From Squalus acanthias (Eukaryota), in assembly GCA_030390025.1 (NCBI GenBank), contig CM059445.1, positions 2,914,001 to 2,978,000 on the forward strand: a stretch of DNA of 64,000 nucleotides, read 5' to 3'. The position numbers were made by a program, and so were the translations under genes. The notes beneath the pieces were generated by a model. The model had not been told where the DNA came from. It was given only the letters and a program-made list of their open reading frames with translations, and made no database searches. Positions 1-12,318 of the stretch are shown here, piece by piece. Every line of letters starts with the position of its first letter. The first letter of the stretch is position 1.

Positions 1-1059
1 GAGAGTTCCAAACTTCTACCACCCTGTGTGTGTAGAAGTGTTTCCTAATTTCACTCCTGAAAGGTCTGGCTCTAATTTTGAGACTATGCCCCCTAGTCCT
101 AGAATCCCCAACCAGCGGAATTAGTTTCTCTCTATCGACCCTGTCTGTTCCCCTTAATATCCTGAAAACTTCGATCAGATCACCCCTTAACCTTCTAAAT
201 TCTAGGGATTACAACCCTAATTTGTGTAATCTCTCCTCATAACCTAATCCTTGAAGTCCGGGTATCATTCTGGTAAACCTACGCTGCACTCCCTCCAAGG
301 CTAATATATCCTTCCTAAGGTGTGGTGCCCAGAACTGCTCCCAGTGCTCCAGGTGTGGTCTAACCAGGGCTTTGTGTAGCTGCAGCATAACTTCTACCCC
401 TTGTACTCTAGTCCTCTAGATATAAAGGCCAGCATTCCATTAGCCTTTTTGATTAATTTCTGTACCTGTTCATGACATTTTAATGACCTATGTACCTGGA
501 TCCCCAAGTCTCTTTGGACCTCCACTGTTTCTAGCTTTTCACCATTTAGAAAGGACCCTGTTCGATCCTTTTTAGGTTCAAAGTGGATGACCTCACATTT
601 GCTTACATTGAAATCCATTTGCCACAGTTTTGCCCATTCACTTAATCTGTCGATATCCCTTTGTAATTTTATGCTTCCATCTACACTGCCTACAATGCCG
701 CCTATCTTTGTGTCATCGGCAAATGTGGATATATGACTTTCTATGCCATCATCTAAGTCGTTAATAAATACTGTGAATAGTTGAGGCTCCAACACAGATC
801 CCTGTGGGACACCACTAGTCACCTCCTGCCAATTAGAGTACCTGCCCATTATCCCTACTCTCTGTCTCCTGCCGCTCAGCCAATCTCCTAACCAGGTCAA
901 TAATTTGCCCTCAATATAATAGTCTCTTATGTGGGACTTTATCAAATGCCTTCTGGAAGTCCATATAAATAACATCCATAGACATTCCCCTGTCCACTAC
1001 TTTAGTCACCTCTTCAAAAAATTCAATCAGGTTTGTCAGGCATGACCTACCTTTCACAA
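1..1059 (-). mobile_element. CR1-clade LINE fragment (ORF2 reverse transcriptase to 3' part), decayed
   Basis: ORF 394-975 reads [24 protein letters not shown]...FADDTK...LQRDIDRLSEWAKLWQMDFNVSKC, the RT core of CR1/L2-type LINEs; stops and frameshifts around it. Confidence 0.92.
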
Positions 1060-1340
1060 TTTCATCATAAGTGATCAAAGTGATGTGTTTCTATGCAACT
1101 TGCGTCATGTGCATGTAAACAAGTGAAAACACTTTTCACAAAGATACCGCCTCTATATTCTACATATTGATAGAGGTATAGGGATTCATTTTAATTGATG
1201 TTTAAGTTTGACTAAGTTACCTAAAAGGGGTGCTGTGTTAATTATTTTTTAGTTTAATTGATGGCAGCAACAAAGTTATTCCATCTCATTGAACAGGTTT
1301 CGAAGCAGATCCTTGTGGCTTGAATTCTAGTACCATCCTA

Positions 1341-1646
<306 letters not shown>

Positions 1647-2249
1647 TCAGTGTGTGAAGCTCTGAGCACTTAGGGACCAGGTACTGCACGGATGACAGGC
1701 AATGCTTCAACCAGTACTTCAGAAGAAAATGCTGCACCAGACAGTGTTTATCCTTCAGACTGAATCCTTTATACAGTTGGGTTTATCCTGTTTCCTTGCA
1801 CAACATGGAAAGCTTTTCAAAGTTATTTAGTCACTCATGCCATTAGGAAGTTCTTCGATGCTCACTATCGCCACAAAGTCAAAATGTGCCTTCAAAACGT
1901 TTCCCATCAAGTACCCAGCATGCTGGTAGGCATGTACCTCACCTATAAAAACTTCTCCCTCCCCAATATTTTATCTCCCTCCTTAATTTAGTGTTGTTTG
2001 CAGAATTTTGATAGACTAGGGTTTGAGTTAATCCAATACAAGAGTTTGTATGCCCTTACTTTGATTTCGGGTTGGCGTTTGCCATTATAAATTCTTATAT
2101 TCAGATGGAAACTGCTGCAGCACCTCCACTGCATAAGAATGTAATTACAGCGTGACAAGTTTACATAGGGAGTTTCCATTATAATGGTGCAGGTAGGAAT
2201 TTATAATGGGAACAGTTGACAAGACGTATGTACAGATATATGATTTTGA

Positions 2250-2298
2250 TGGATAGATGAATAGATGAATAGATAGATAGAGAGAAAGAAATAGAGAT
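2250..2298 (+). repeat. GATA/GAAT-type simple repeat
   Basis: ggatagatgaatagatgaatagatagatagagagaaagaaatagagat. Confidence 0.7.
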
Positions 2299-2714
2299 GG
2301 AGCAAATTTTCTCTAGTCCACACTATATGTCTACAAAATTAGCAAACTATGCCAGATTAATTTACCTTTAGACACTGGTGGCTGAATATGTGCTGCAACA
2401 GATCTCTATAAAAATAACTCATTTTGTTTCACTGAACTGCTCTACAATTTGGCTTTCGTTATGATTAAGATGCACATCAGGCGCCATTTTACAGAGATGA
2501 AGTATGAGCTGGTTGTAAGTCAATCCACCAAAGTAGTTTACTGTCTGACAGTCAATCAACCTGAACATTTCTCTCCTTGTTTGAATTGATTTTAATGATA
2601 TTGAATGGATTTGTTTGAGGAATGCAGGCATGAAATTTGAAATGGCGTAAATCTGATGCACTGTGGATGTTGGGCTATATAATCCTTCACACTATTTGGT
2701 TCCGTGGATCATAC

Positions 2715-2959
2715 CTGCTCGTATTTCTCCAGCTCCGAGTGGTAAATCTGTCGGATTTGTGTGAGTTTGGCTCTGTAATCGGAGTGCTCGATGGAATTGT
2801 CGTTCGGTGAGCCGCCTGATGCTGCTGCCGCCGCTGCAGCTGCTGCTGACCCTCCGCCCTTCTCGGGCCCGGACACTCCTTCAGCCAACAGCATGTTATC
2901 CAGTCTCATCAGCTGGGGATCTGGGGGCTCCTCTTCTTGGACACCTCGAATACTCAGCA
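2715..2959 (-). CDS. pbx4: PBX-family TALE homeobox gene, exon 3 (end of PBC-A, poly-Ala linker, start of PBC-B)
   Basis: Encodes (V)[81 protein letters not shown]; acceptor ctacacag, donor CAG|GTATGA; 245 bp; in frame with exon 4. RGVQ, PND and YHSELEK residues resemble PBX4 more than PBX1/2/3. Confidence 0.9.
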
Positions 2960-4354
2960 CTGTGTAGAGAAGGACGAGATTGTTACAGCCTGATACTGTG
3001 CCAAGAAAAAAAACATACATTTGCCACTAGCTACAGTCGCCAAGGCTTAACACAGCATATTGCTTTTCAGTACAGCAGTTTTAAATGGCTGAACGGGAGG
3101 TTCAACTTATACTCTGAAGAAACATTGGTTTAATTTTACTTCAGAATGGTTCGAAATACTTTCTTTTTTAAATATAAAAAAAATGAACAAGCTCTTTCTA
3201 AATGGCCCAGTGTCACGCTTTTGTGACCAGAAGTTTCAGTCCTGCCTATTGTAAGCTACCACGAATATGGTAGAGTTAAAATCTGCAGACACTGGGACTT
3301 AGCAATGGAGTGACTGCACACGTCCACCATCTAAAGTTAGCAAATCATTTCAGAAATCAATACCTAGCTTATCATTTAAAGTGTGATATTGACATTTACC
3401 ATTTTTACTTCATTAAAATTTTATACTTCTTCAAAATCCATAGCAAAATTAAACTGCAATATTGAATTTTGACAAACGCTTTGAAAATAATGAAGACCAA
3501 GTCTCTCAGCATCAATAATCAGTTAAAAGATTCTCAGCATTGATTCCTGATTAACCGATAGAGTATTGAAAGACTTCCATTTATCAAAAACACGCCTTTT
3601 TCAGTTACGCATGAAGTGAAATCAGCAATCAATGCGACACAGCAAAATTAGAAAAATGTACAGAACCATATTTTATAAATATTCTTCTGTGCGGTATTAT
3701 TGGTTTCTATGCTAATATGCTACTGCAGTGCTCAAATTAGCACACATATGAAGTCACGTTCACTAATACTTGTGGGATGAAGATCGTGGTGTGAACTGAG
3801 AAATAGTTTCATTCTGGCTGGAGCGGGCAGTGATTTTCCCATTTCTTCCAGTAGAGGGAGTACGGGGCTTTATTCATTGCTCAATTGCCCATTGCTGTCT
3901 ATTTAATAAGAGTCTGAAATCACTTCCACATACAGCACTTTACATGGGGCCTGGAGTAAAACACTCTGCCAAATCATCAGAAATAAAGAATGACTCCCCT
4001 CACATCTCCATTATCTGCAGTCAACTTGAAACTATCAATGGGATACAGTCCATTTTTAATCACCCTCACATACAGCAGGTACATGACCAGGTTTTGCACC
4101 GTATATATTGGAACCTTTGACTTTCTATACTGATCACCTGAATTTCAGTAGCACCACAAATGTTTTTCAAAAAAAATAAAAAGGTGGGTAAAGCAAAAAC
4201 ATGTTCCACTGTTTCAAACAATGCATTTGCCTGGATTGGGAGATCCGGGGTTTAATATAATTTACTGTGTGCCTTTCAAACAGTGAATTCGAAAAACAGA
4301 AACATTCCCTTTACATGCAAAAGGCTATTTTGCCTCAGATTGGTTTCCATTCTA

Positions 4355-4522
4355 AGAATCAAATGCAGCAGTGCTGGAAATATACAGCAGGTTAACATCA
4401 TCTGAGAGAGAAAAAAGCCAGTTAACTTTCGGGGTGCAAGTGCCTTCCTCGGGTCTTGAATCCCTTACAGATGCTGAGTGACCCACTGTGTATCTCCAGG
4501 ATTTTCTGTTTTGGTTTCAGGT
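4355..4522. mobile_element. Degenerate palindromic Penelope-type short element
   Basis: tgctggaaatatacagcagg...catctgagagag on the left and cagatgctg...ctccaggattttctgtttt on the right; same family as 51607-51819 and 61140-61358; ribozyme core lost. Confidence 0.65.
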
Positions 4523-5399
4523 TTTTCTTCCCATTGGTGCAGTGCTACAAGCAGACAGTATGGCCTCCATGCTTAGTGACATCACATCACTTCAACAACA
4601 ATTTTCTTGCTTGCAAAACAAAATACATGACAGGCTTTCCACAGAGCACAGCAACATTCTGGGGCTTGATCTACAAGCCTGAGCTTTCCTGCTGTCAACC
4701 TCCCTCCCTCCCTCGCTCCAACTGCCCAGAATCTGTGACCAGGCTCATAGTCACACCGTGCACAGGACAGACACACTCCTGCAGCGAGAGACAACGAGAC
4801 AGCACAAATTCAGCATGGATACCTCCAGGTGCTACCCTGGACTAGGTTTCAGATAGTTACACACTGGCAGGACCTACAGCTGAGAAGCAACAAAAGCAGA
4901 GAGCTGGGTGAAGAATTCCTGGAGCCCTGGGCAAGAAGAACATTCGCAGTCCCTCCACACCCCAATCCATTAAAACACTCCAGTAAAATGCATGAAAAAA
5001 TAGGTCCGTAAAATGTTTATACTAAAAAGCAAATCATATCACGACATACTATGATTAAATGAACTTTAAATCATATCAAGTGCTACATTTAATGAAATAT
5101 ATTTGCGCGGTGCCCCTGGCAGGAGGCCCAGTTTTAACTGGAACCCCTTGGCATCGGCCTCATAGGCCAGTGTGTGATTCTAGCCCTACACAGAACCTTA
5201 GAACTGGATCCAATTCTCTCACCATCTGTTTCTCCCTCACGTTGCCTCTCACTCTCTCTATAATATATTTATATAGGTAGACATAATATAATATATTAAA
5301 AGTTTTACATTTGCACATTTCCTGTGCTTATAGGAAGATGTCTCACACAAATTCCGTCACACTAGCAGTCGGCTTTAAGCTGGAAGGTATGTATCTATG

Positions 5400-6328
5400 A
5401 TGCTTACCATTACTTTGCTTTCAGTCCTCCCGAGGCAAGGTGGTGCTGCAACACTATTCCATTTACACTTCCTGCTCATGGTTTTCTCCCACCTGACTTT
5501 CTCCCAGGCTGGTCCTCCAAGCTCAGCCATGCCCCTGCCAAGAATGGTCCTTGGTCAGCGGTGGGGCTGAAAGGATACAAGATGTGGGCATCCCCCTTCT
5601 GGCATGCACCTCGAGGTTTCCCACCCTCCCGTCAGCACAGCTCCACCCTTGTGTCTTCCTCATTTCACACACCCAAGAAATGCAGCCTGCCCAGCCAGTG
5701 GGCCCACAGGTGGCCGAATCCATCCCGGATGTCCCAGCCGCAAAGGGGCTGTCCGGGATGCATTTTTCCGTCTGATTCCTCCTCTTCGACTTCCTCCTCT
5801 TTCGCAGTATTCGCAGCATGTTCTGTCGTCTCAAAGGCCTTCACTTACCATCTGAGCCCTTGCAAGCGTCCAGCAGCACTCCCAAAACACTTTTAAAAAA
5901 TAATTTCCACATATATTGCAGCAAGCCACCATTTCAATAAAATCCAAAAAACCAAGGCCAAACCCTTCCATTCAAACTTACCTGATTGATGTGTGTGTCC
6001 CTTTAACAGTTGCAGATATCGCTAGTCAGCCTGCTTGCACGCCAGGTTAACCTGACATGCTTAGGACCCAGTGCTGAATTGAGCATTAGGGTCGAAGTTC
6101 GCGTAGGTGATGTTAAGTCGGCGTTGCATGCCGACTTGACATCACGCCACCATTTTTTTTAATTTTTTTTTTTAACAGGGCACTGCTGGTTACTGGCAGC
6201 GCAAAGGGGCCCATGAACATGGCGGGCGCCGCGGGGACCGCCTCCAGCTTGCACAAGAGCGGCAGCCGCCATTTTTCCGAGAATCGCTGGCGCTAACGGG
6301 TGGCGGTAAGTATATGAATTTCTCGCCC
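5400..6328 (-). mobile_element. Probable PIF/Harbinger-type DNA transposon remnant (one terminus retained)
   Basis: Ends in aatttctcgccc (reverse complement GGGCGAGAAATT), like the termini of the MITEs at 45029, 48647 and 52838; CpG-rich subterminal region; left boundary uncertain. Confidence 0.5.
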
Positions 6329-6459
6329 TGGGATTTTAAAAAGCTATGGGCAGGGAAACAAAGAGAGAAAGAAGGAACTGGGGGCTGAAAAAAAAGAGCA
6401 GGGAAGGGGGAAAAACACAGTGACGATATCCAGAAAGTGTAGGTTTCGAAATTCCAAGT

Positions 6460-7480
6460 AGTGAACCTTGACATGATGGTAAGAAAGATAGTTTGAAACC
6501 AGCCCTGGGACCAGGAAAGATTAATACAGAGCAAGCTGGCAGTATTTCATCAACAAACAGACTCGAAGAGCACAGTGATGTGACAGATGGTTTCAGTGCC
6601 ATGTCAGGTGACTAAAAAGCTAAATTCAGAAGTACTACCAGGAGTCCACCCGCCTCGAAGAGTGCCCCATAAATTGCTGAGGCACATCTTTCCCATACTT
6701 GATGCCGTCAGCATACTGGCAAGTAGCTTTTGATGAGGAAAGCAGGAAGCTAACTAGGTTTGATTCATTTGCTTGCTGAGATTCACATGCACGCTATTTG
6801 GAGTCTCATTAATGCAGTCAAGTATTCCAGCAAAAAGCTCCCACGGTCCTGGATGGACTTGGTGATAATCAATGATATTTGGGTGCTTGGAGCTACACAA
6901 GATGCACATGACAATAACCTCAGAGCACTACTTCAGAGATGCACGGTGAAAAAACCTCAGGCGGCATAAGGATAAAGAGCAAGTCGCAGTACCAAAAGTA
7001 ATGCATCGTGGACAGCCTTGAATCAGATCCGAAAAAAGTTGAAATATGAAGCCAGCAGAGACTAAAGCAAAGCTTGGGACCGCAATGGATACATTGAATT
7101 TTATGAAATTTGCTCCTAGACTAATGTAGACGACAGAACCGCTACATAAACGAATGAAAAAAGGATTTGTTTTATAAATGGGATACCAATCTGGACGAAG
7201 CTGCCAAAGAAAGAAAGGAACTGATCACAAAACCAGTTACAGGAATTCTGACACAGGAAGAGGTCACCCTTCAAGCTAATGCATCACAAGCCATGTTAGG
7301 TGCTTATTTGTCATGCACACTGACTTAAGCACAAAATAATGATGTGCAAATAAAGAAGTTAGCCAGTGTGAATTGGTATGGAAAACTCCATCTATATATA
7401 GAACACAAACCACTTGAGAGAATCACGACAAAGAGAAAATGGGAACCGCTGAATTCAAAGGTCTCTCCCAAGATCATGGC
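6460..7480 (+). pseudogene. Highly decayed Ty3/Gypsy LTR retrotransposon gag-pol remnant
   Basis: Frameshifted pieces: LDA..AYWQVAFDEESRKLT (RT), VIINDIWVLGATQDAHDNNLRALLQRC (decayed YxDD region), VTLQANASQAMLGAYL and YIEHKPLERI (RNase H). Confidence 0.75.
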
Positions 7481-7695
7481 GATTATCCTTTGCTTTTTAT
7501 TCCTTATTTACTCAAACATTCCCTCACTCACAGCTCTACAATGCAGCATTTCAATATAACACACTGAATCCTCTTGCCCTGCGCACCGATGTTTCAAGGG
7601 GTACATTACCACAAACATTGCAAAGTACGTTTCTTTGCTTCTTCGGGTGCCCCGAGAGGAAGAGGCAGCTCAGTCAACTGTAAAGCCTTGATCCA

Positions 7696-7997
7696 CATAA
7701 GACGTAGGAGCAGGAGGAGGTCATTCGGCCCCTCGAGCCTGCTCCACCATTCAATAAGATCATGGCTGATCTGATCTTGGCCTCAACTCCACTTCCCTGC
7801 CCGCTCCCCATAACCCTTGACTCCCTTACCATTCAAAAATCTGTCTATCTCCACCTTAAATATATTCAATGACCCAGCCTCCACAGCTCTCTGGGGAAGA
7901 GAATTCCAAAGATTCATGACCCTCAGAGAAGAAATTCCTCCTCATTTCCATTTTAAATGGGTGCCCCCTTATTCTGAAATTATGCTTCCTAGTTCTA
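7696..7997 (-). mobile_element. CR1 LINE 3' end
   Basis: cataaga..taggagcagg..ggcccctcgagcctgctc..caataagatcatggctgatc tail, near-identical to 30628-31052. Confidence 0.85.
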
Positions 7998-8408
7998 GCA
8001 CCTTGCAGCAGTCAGTGTCACCCAGTCCTACTGTGGCAAACATCAGGAGAGATATATCTTCTGTGCAGAGCTCTGTTGGTGAGTTACAGGAGGGAGCACT
8101 TGGTGAAGCACCGAGCACAAGCAAGGAGGAGAAAGTGCAGGTGGAACTGCAGGAGACGCAGCCATTTTTAAAACTCCACTCTTGGGATGTGTGCATTGCT
8201 GGCAAGGCCAGGGATTTGGACCTTATAATTGATGCCTGCAAATATTCTTTGGTAGCACAACATCAACACTTCATGGAGTCATTTCACACCACCTGAGAGG
8301 GCCTCCATTGAGAAGTCCACAGGCTGCACCTGTGTGCTGCAGCACAACTGAGCAGCAGACCACCATAGATAATGTAGCTACAGTCAAAATATACTGTTAA
8401 AAGCAAAA

Positions 8409-8797
8409 GGTGTCAGCCGTGGCTCAGTGGGCAGCACTCTCTCGCCTCCAAGTCAGGTAGTTGTGGGTTCAAGTTCCACCCCAGGGACTTGAGCTCAAAA
8501 TCTAGGCCAACAGTCCAGTGCAGTAATGAGGGAGTGCTGCACTGTCAGAAGTGCTGTCTTTCGGTTAAACTGAGGCTCCGTAGCCCTCTCAGGTGGATGT
8601 AAAAGATCTCATGGCACTACTCGAAGAGGAGCTGGGGAGTTTTCCCCGGTGTCCTGGATAATATCCCTCAACCAACATCACTAAAATAGATTATCACATT
8701 GCTGTTTGTGGGAGCTTGCTGTGTGCAAATTGGCTGCTGCATTTCCTACATTACAACAGTGACTACACTTCAAAAGTACTTCATTGGCTGTAAAGCG
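8409..8797 (+). mobile_element. tRNA-derived Deu-SINE (SacSINE1-like), 5' part; interrupted by a LINE
   Basis: A box tggctcagtggg, B box ggttcaagttcc, Deu-domain-like core ggtggatgtaaaagatctcatggcact...ccccggtgtcctgg. Confidence 0.85.
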
Positions 8798-8800
8798 ATT

Positions 8801-9290
8801 TAGAATCATAGAATGGTTACAGCACAGAAGGAGACCATGCGGCCCGTCGAGCCCGTGCCGGCTCTCTGCACGAGCACTTCAGCTAGTCCCACTTCCCCGC
8901 CCTTTCCCCGTAGCCCTGCAATGTTTTTTCCTTCAGGTACTTATCCAATTCGCTTTTGAAAGCCACGATTGAATCTGCCCTCACCACCCTTTCAGGCCGT
9001 GCATTCCAGATCATAACCACTCACTGCATAAAAAAGTTTTTCCTCACGTCACCTTTGGTTCTTCTGCCAATCACCTTAAATCTGTGACCTCTGGTTCTCG
9101 ACCCTTCCACCAATGGGAACAGTTTCCCTCTATCTACTCTGTCTAGACCCCTCATGATTTTGAACACCTCTATCAAATCTCCTCTCAACCTTCTCTGCTC
9201 TAAGGAGAACAACCCCAGCTTCTCCAGTCTATCCACGTAACTGAAGTCCCTCATCCCTGGAACCATTCTTGTAAATCTTTTCTGCACCTT
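8801..9290 (-). mobile_element. CR1 LINE 3' end inserted into the SINE
   Basis: ORF 9021-9287 QKRFTRMVPGMRDFSYVDRLEKLGLFSLEQRRLRGDLIEVFKI...RTRGHRFK; (TTCTATGA)n-like tail. Confidence 0.9.
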
Positions 9291-9342
9291 CTTAGGACAT
9301 CCTGAGGTTGTAAAAGGTGCTATATAAATGCATGTCTTTTTT
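9291..9342 (+). mobile_element. 3' tail of the interrupted Deu-SINE
   Basis: ggacatcctgaggttgtaaaaggtgctatataaatgcatgtcttt matches the 3' end of the intact copies at 29027 and 46336. Confidence 0.8.
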
Positions 9343-10052
9343 CCCCTCTGCAGTACAGCACCCCTTGACCTTGTTTCTAGGGTCAGGCATAGCTTCTTTC
9401 AGGAGTGCTTAGTACTGGTGCATGGGAGACCTTCGGCTCTAAACTACAGCAGTTTATGGCACCTGGAATATGAAATTAGATTGAACCCAGCCATAATGGA
9501 GGGCTTCACCTGCCTCATTGATGCCCAGAGATCTGCTCCCACAGAGATCTTTGGCTACAGCTGATGAAGTGGCGAGCAGTAGGGGAATGGCAGGAGTTAG
9601 CACAAATGTTGCAGTTGTCTCTTGCATCACATACCAACCTCACTGCCGCCCAACTCAAATGGCGACAGCAGAGTCTTCCAATGTACAGGCCCAGGCAGCC
9701 ACTTCGTCAATAATTGTGGCATCTTCACTTGCAGGGTCATCTTCTCGCCCAGCAATGGGGATGGTGCCACCTCAATCCATTCAGGCAAACACTGAAACCT
9801 CGCAGCATCCACTCACTTTGTCTTTCTACTGGTTGAATACTTAGAATGAGCACAAGGTTAGGAAGAAGAAATGACACCTCATACATTTAGGACTAAAAGG
9901 AAGCACCAGGGCAAAACACATTGAGCGCCTTCATCATTCACTGTAAGGGATAGTGAAAGCTCCATTGATTAACACTTGGATGTGTCTTGAAAATTCAATT
10001 GTTGTGAGGCAGATTCAGTCTGTTGGGGAGAAATGAGGTGGTATTCATAGAT

Positions 10053-10170
10053 AATAACAACAGAAAATGCTGGAAACACTCAGCAGGTCAGGCAGCATCA
10101 AGGAGAGAGAAACAGAGTTAACGTTTCGGGTCGAGGACCCTTCGTCAGAACTGGAAAAGGTTAGAGAAGA
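10053..10170 (-). mobile_element. Short Penelope-type insert (single arm) with target-site duplication
   Basis: Flanked by tggtattcatagat (10039-10052) and tggtattcacagat (10171-10184); same sequence as the arms of the palindromic copies. Confidence 0.75.
10116..10152 (-). ncRNA. Minimal type I hammerhead ribozyme motif
   Basis: Minus strand AGTT-CTGACGA-A-GGGTC-CTC-GACCC-GAAA-CGTT-AACT: CUGANGA and GAAA boxes, 5-bp stem II, 4-bp stem I, palindromic ACGU stem III. Activity not shown. Confidence 0.72.
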
Positions 10171-11929
10171 TGGTATTCACAGATGCTGATGTACATCTGG
10201 GCTGTATGGAAGGAACTTTAAGTGAAATTTTAGCCTTGTGCACATGATGTGCGCACGCTCCGAGCACACACTTCATATGCCCATTACATTATGGCACACT
10301 GGATGAATCGGGCATGGAGAAAGCCTCAGGCCTTCATACCCAATAATATGGGGAGCCAGTGCTCAATGTGCATCGCAATGGGCATCAGCCAGCACATGTT
10401 CACTGTAGCTGGAAGTTAAGTACCAAACAAATGACAATCAAAATTATAACATTTATCGTCATACCAAGATGACGTCATAAAGTTGGAGCAGACACTGGTC
10501 TAGTGCAGTTTGTTTTCAAGAACGTTTACTATTTCGTTTTCATTTAACTTCAATGGATTGGATATCGGACTGCATGCCATACAGAAGGCCGATACATCAA
10601 TTGATAAATGGTCACACTCTTAAACAGAATGGTTAGCCTAGTTAAACCTCACATATTTTCCCCCCCAAAGTTACAATTTCAAGAGTAATCTTTTTTTAGG
10701 TCAAAAATATTTGAAAATGAATACTATACTTTACTGCTAGTGTCCTGGAGGAGCAGAAGGAAGCTTTACAAACATTCAAATTTAAGTTTTAAAAGTGTGA
10801 TGGAATGAAATTTCTAAAGCTTAGCGCTCGCCTGCAGCTGCTTGAACTACCTCGGGGAGTGGCCTCACATCTCTTGGCTTTAGTGCGGTCATGAGTTGAA
10901 TGCCTCCTGAACTGTGCTACCACTTTTCATCCACTTCTCATTGATCTGGAAGCTGCAAGAGTTCCAAACTTCCTTGTCAGGACATGAAGTTCAGGATAAT
11001 TTCATTATTTTTTAAAGAAAGTAATTTGTTCACCAGTGGTCATATTCCAACTCTTTCCATCCCAGTTTCTCACCACTACTGCCACACAGATTGCTTTAAT
11101 CCTGGGCTCTCTGAACAATGGTTACATGCAACGTATCCTTATCCTGTTGTTTGTCGCTGCTGGCCTCAGCTAACTGTGCAAAGGGACCAGTTTCTCAATA
11201 CCAGTCCAAGAGCAATTGGAATGGAGCTGCTAGGAAATCGAGAAGACAGCAGGAAGCAATCAACATGGTCTCAGTAACAAGAAACGGAGGGGCAAGAGCA
11301 ATAAGCATGAGATTGTGTCAGAAATCAGGGGACAAGGGCAGTCAGTATGCAACCAGTAACAAGAAACCACAGGACCAGGCAAACCCGGGAAAACTGACAG
11401 GAATCATATATAAACCTCTTAAAACGGTTAGTTCAAATCATTCAAAATCTATTCCAGGTGCACGAAAATGCCCTGTATCTTATTTCACAGAGTATCGGCA
11501 GCAAGAGATTTTCAGAAAACTGAGCCATCCTAAATTCCCAGACTAATTAATAAACAATGAGGATAGGGGTTTTCCGCTAAAATAATGCTTTTAAGCAGGA
11601 TCGAGAGGTTCAAAGTGTTAAAACTGACTCAGTCCTTTAATTTTACGTCCCTTTCATTTCAACTTCAGTTTTCTGCTCGATCTACCTTTTTGCATTTCTG
11701 TTGTTGCCGCCGGGGCCTCTCCACTGGTCTGAAAAACACTACAGTCTTCAAGGAGAGCAGCTCCAGTTTTGTAAAGTGTAGTGTTGTAACAGCACCATTT
11801 CACAGTCAATCTCCTGCAAGCTAACACTGCGCAGCTAGCTGTGTGTGCGGTAACAGAGATAGCACAAATAGGTTCATACGCAGTGTGAAATTTGGAAACA
11901 AGCTTGCAGTTCAATACAAGGACAGGGTT

Positions 11930-12318
11930 GGCTGAGGAATGGCCTGCAGTCTAGGTTTCCCCACTGGCCTTACTTTAACACAGGGTGACCCAGTGTAAAA
12001 CAAATGCTTAACAGCTGTATTAAAATAACGCCGATTGGCTCGTCCTAGCTTGTATACATGTGTTATAGGAGACCGAGTATGGGAAAGTGAAAGTATAGAC
12101 CCGGAATTTCCCACTGAAATTCACATGTAACTGATTTACACCAGCTTTACGCCGAAACATCGCTACGTGCGAGTTTCCTTGATCATTTGCGCTCTCCCAA
12201 GTTACATCCACTAAAACCCCATTTAGATCATTAACAGAGGTCCGTACCCCACGCAAATGACCAGAGAACCTGAGTTTCCTGCATTAACGCCTGTTCTGAA
12301 GGGTGTAAATTTACACCC
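11930..12318. mobile_element. Probable Harbinger-type MITE remnant
   Basis: Ends in aaatttacaccc (reverse complement GGGTGTAAATTT); CpG-enriched; left end unclear. Confidence 0.4.

Noticed and set aside
2960-3020. MYVFFLG... start of the ORF containing exon 3
   Set aside because: Intronic polypyrimidine/acceptor region, not a real start
7998-8400. Glu-rich stretch possibly from a Harbinger Myb gene, with similar GC-richer blocks at 9340-9840, 18960-19150, 21690-21930 and 24900-25250
   Set aside because: Probably old transposon debris but no termini or motifs clear enough to annotate
8409-8490. tRNA gene
   Set aside because: A and B boxes belong to a SINE head that continues into the Deu body; same for the other copies
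11118-11546. 142-aa plus-strand ORF
   Set aside because: No recognisable domain or splice context; length compatible with chance
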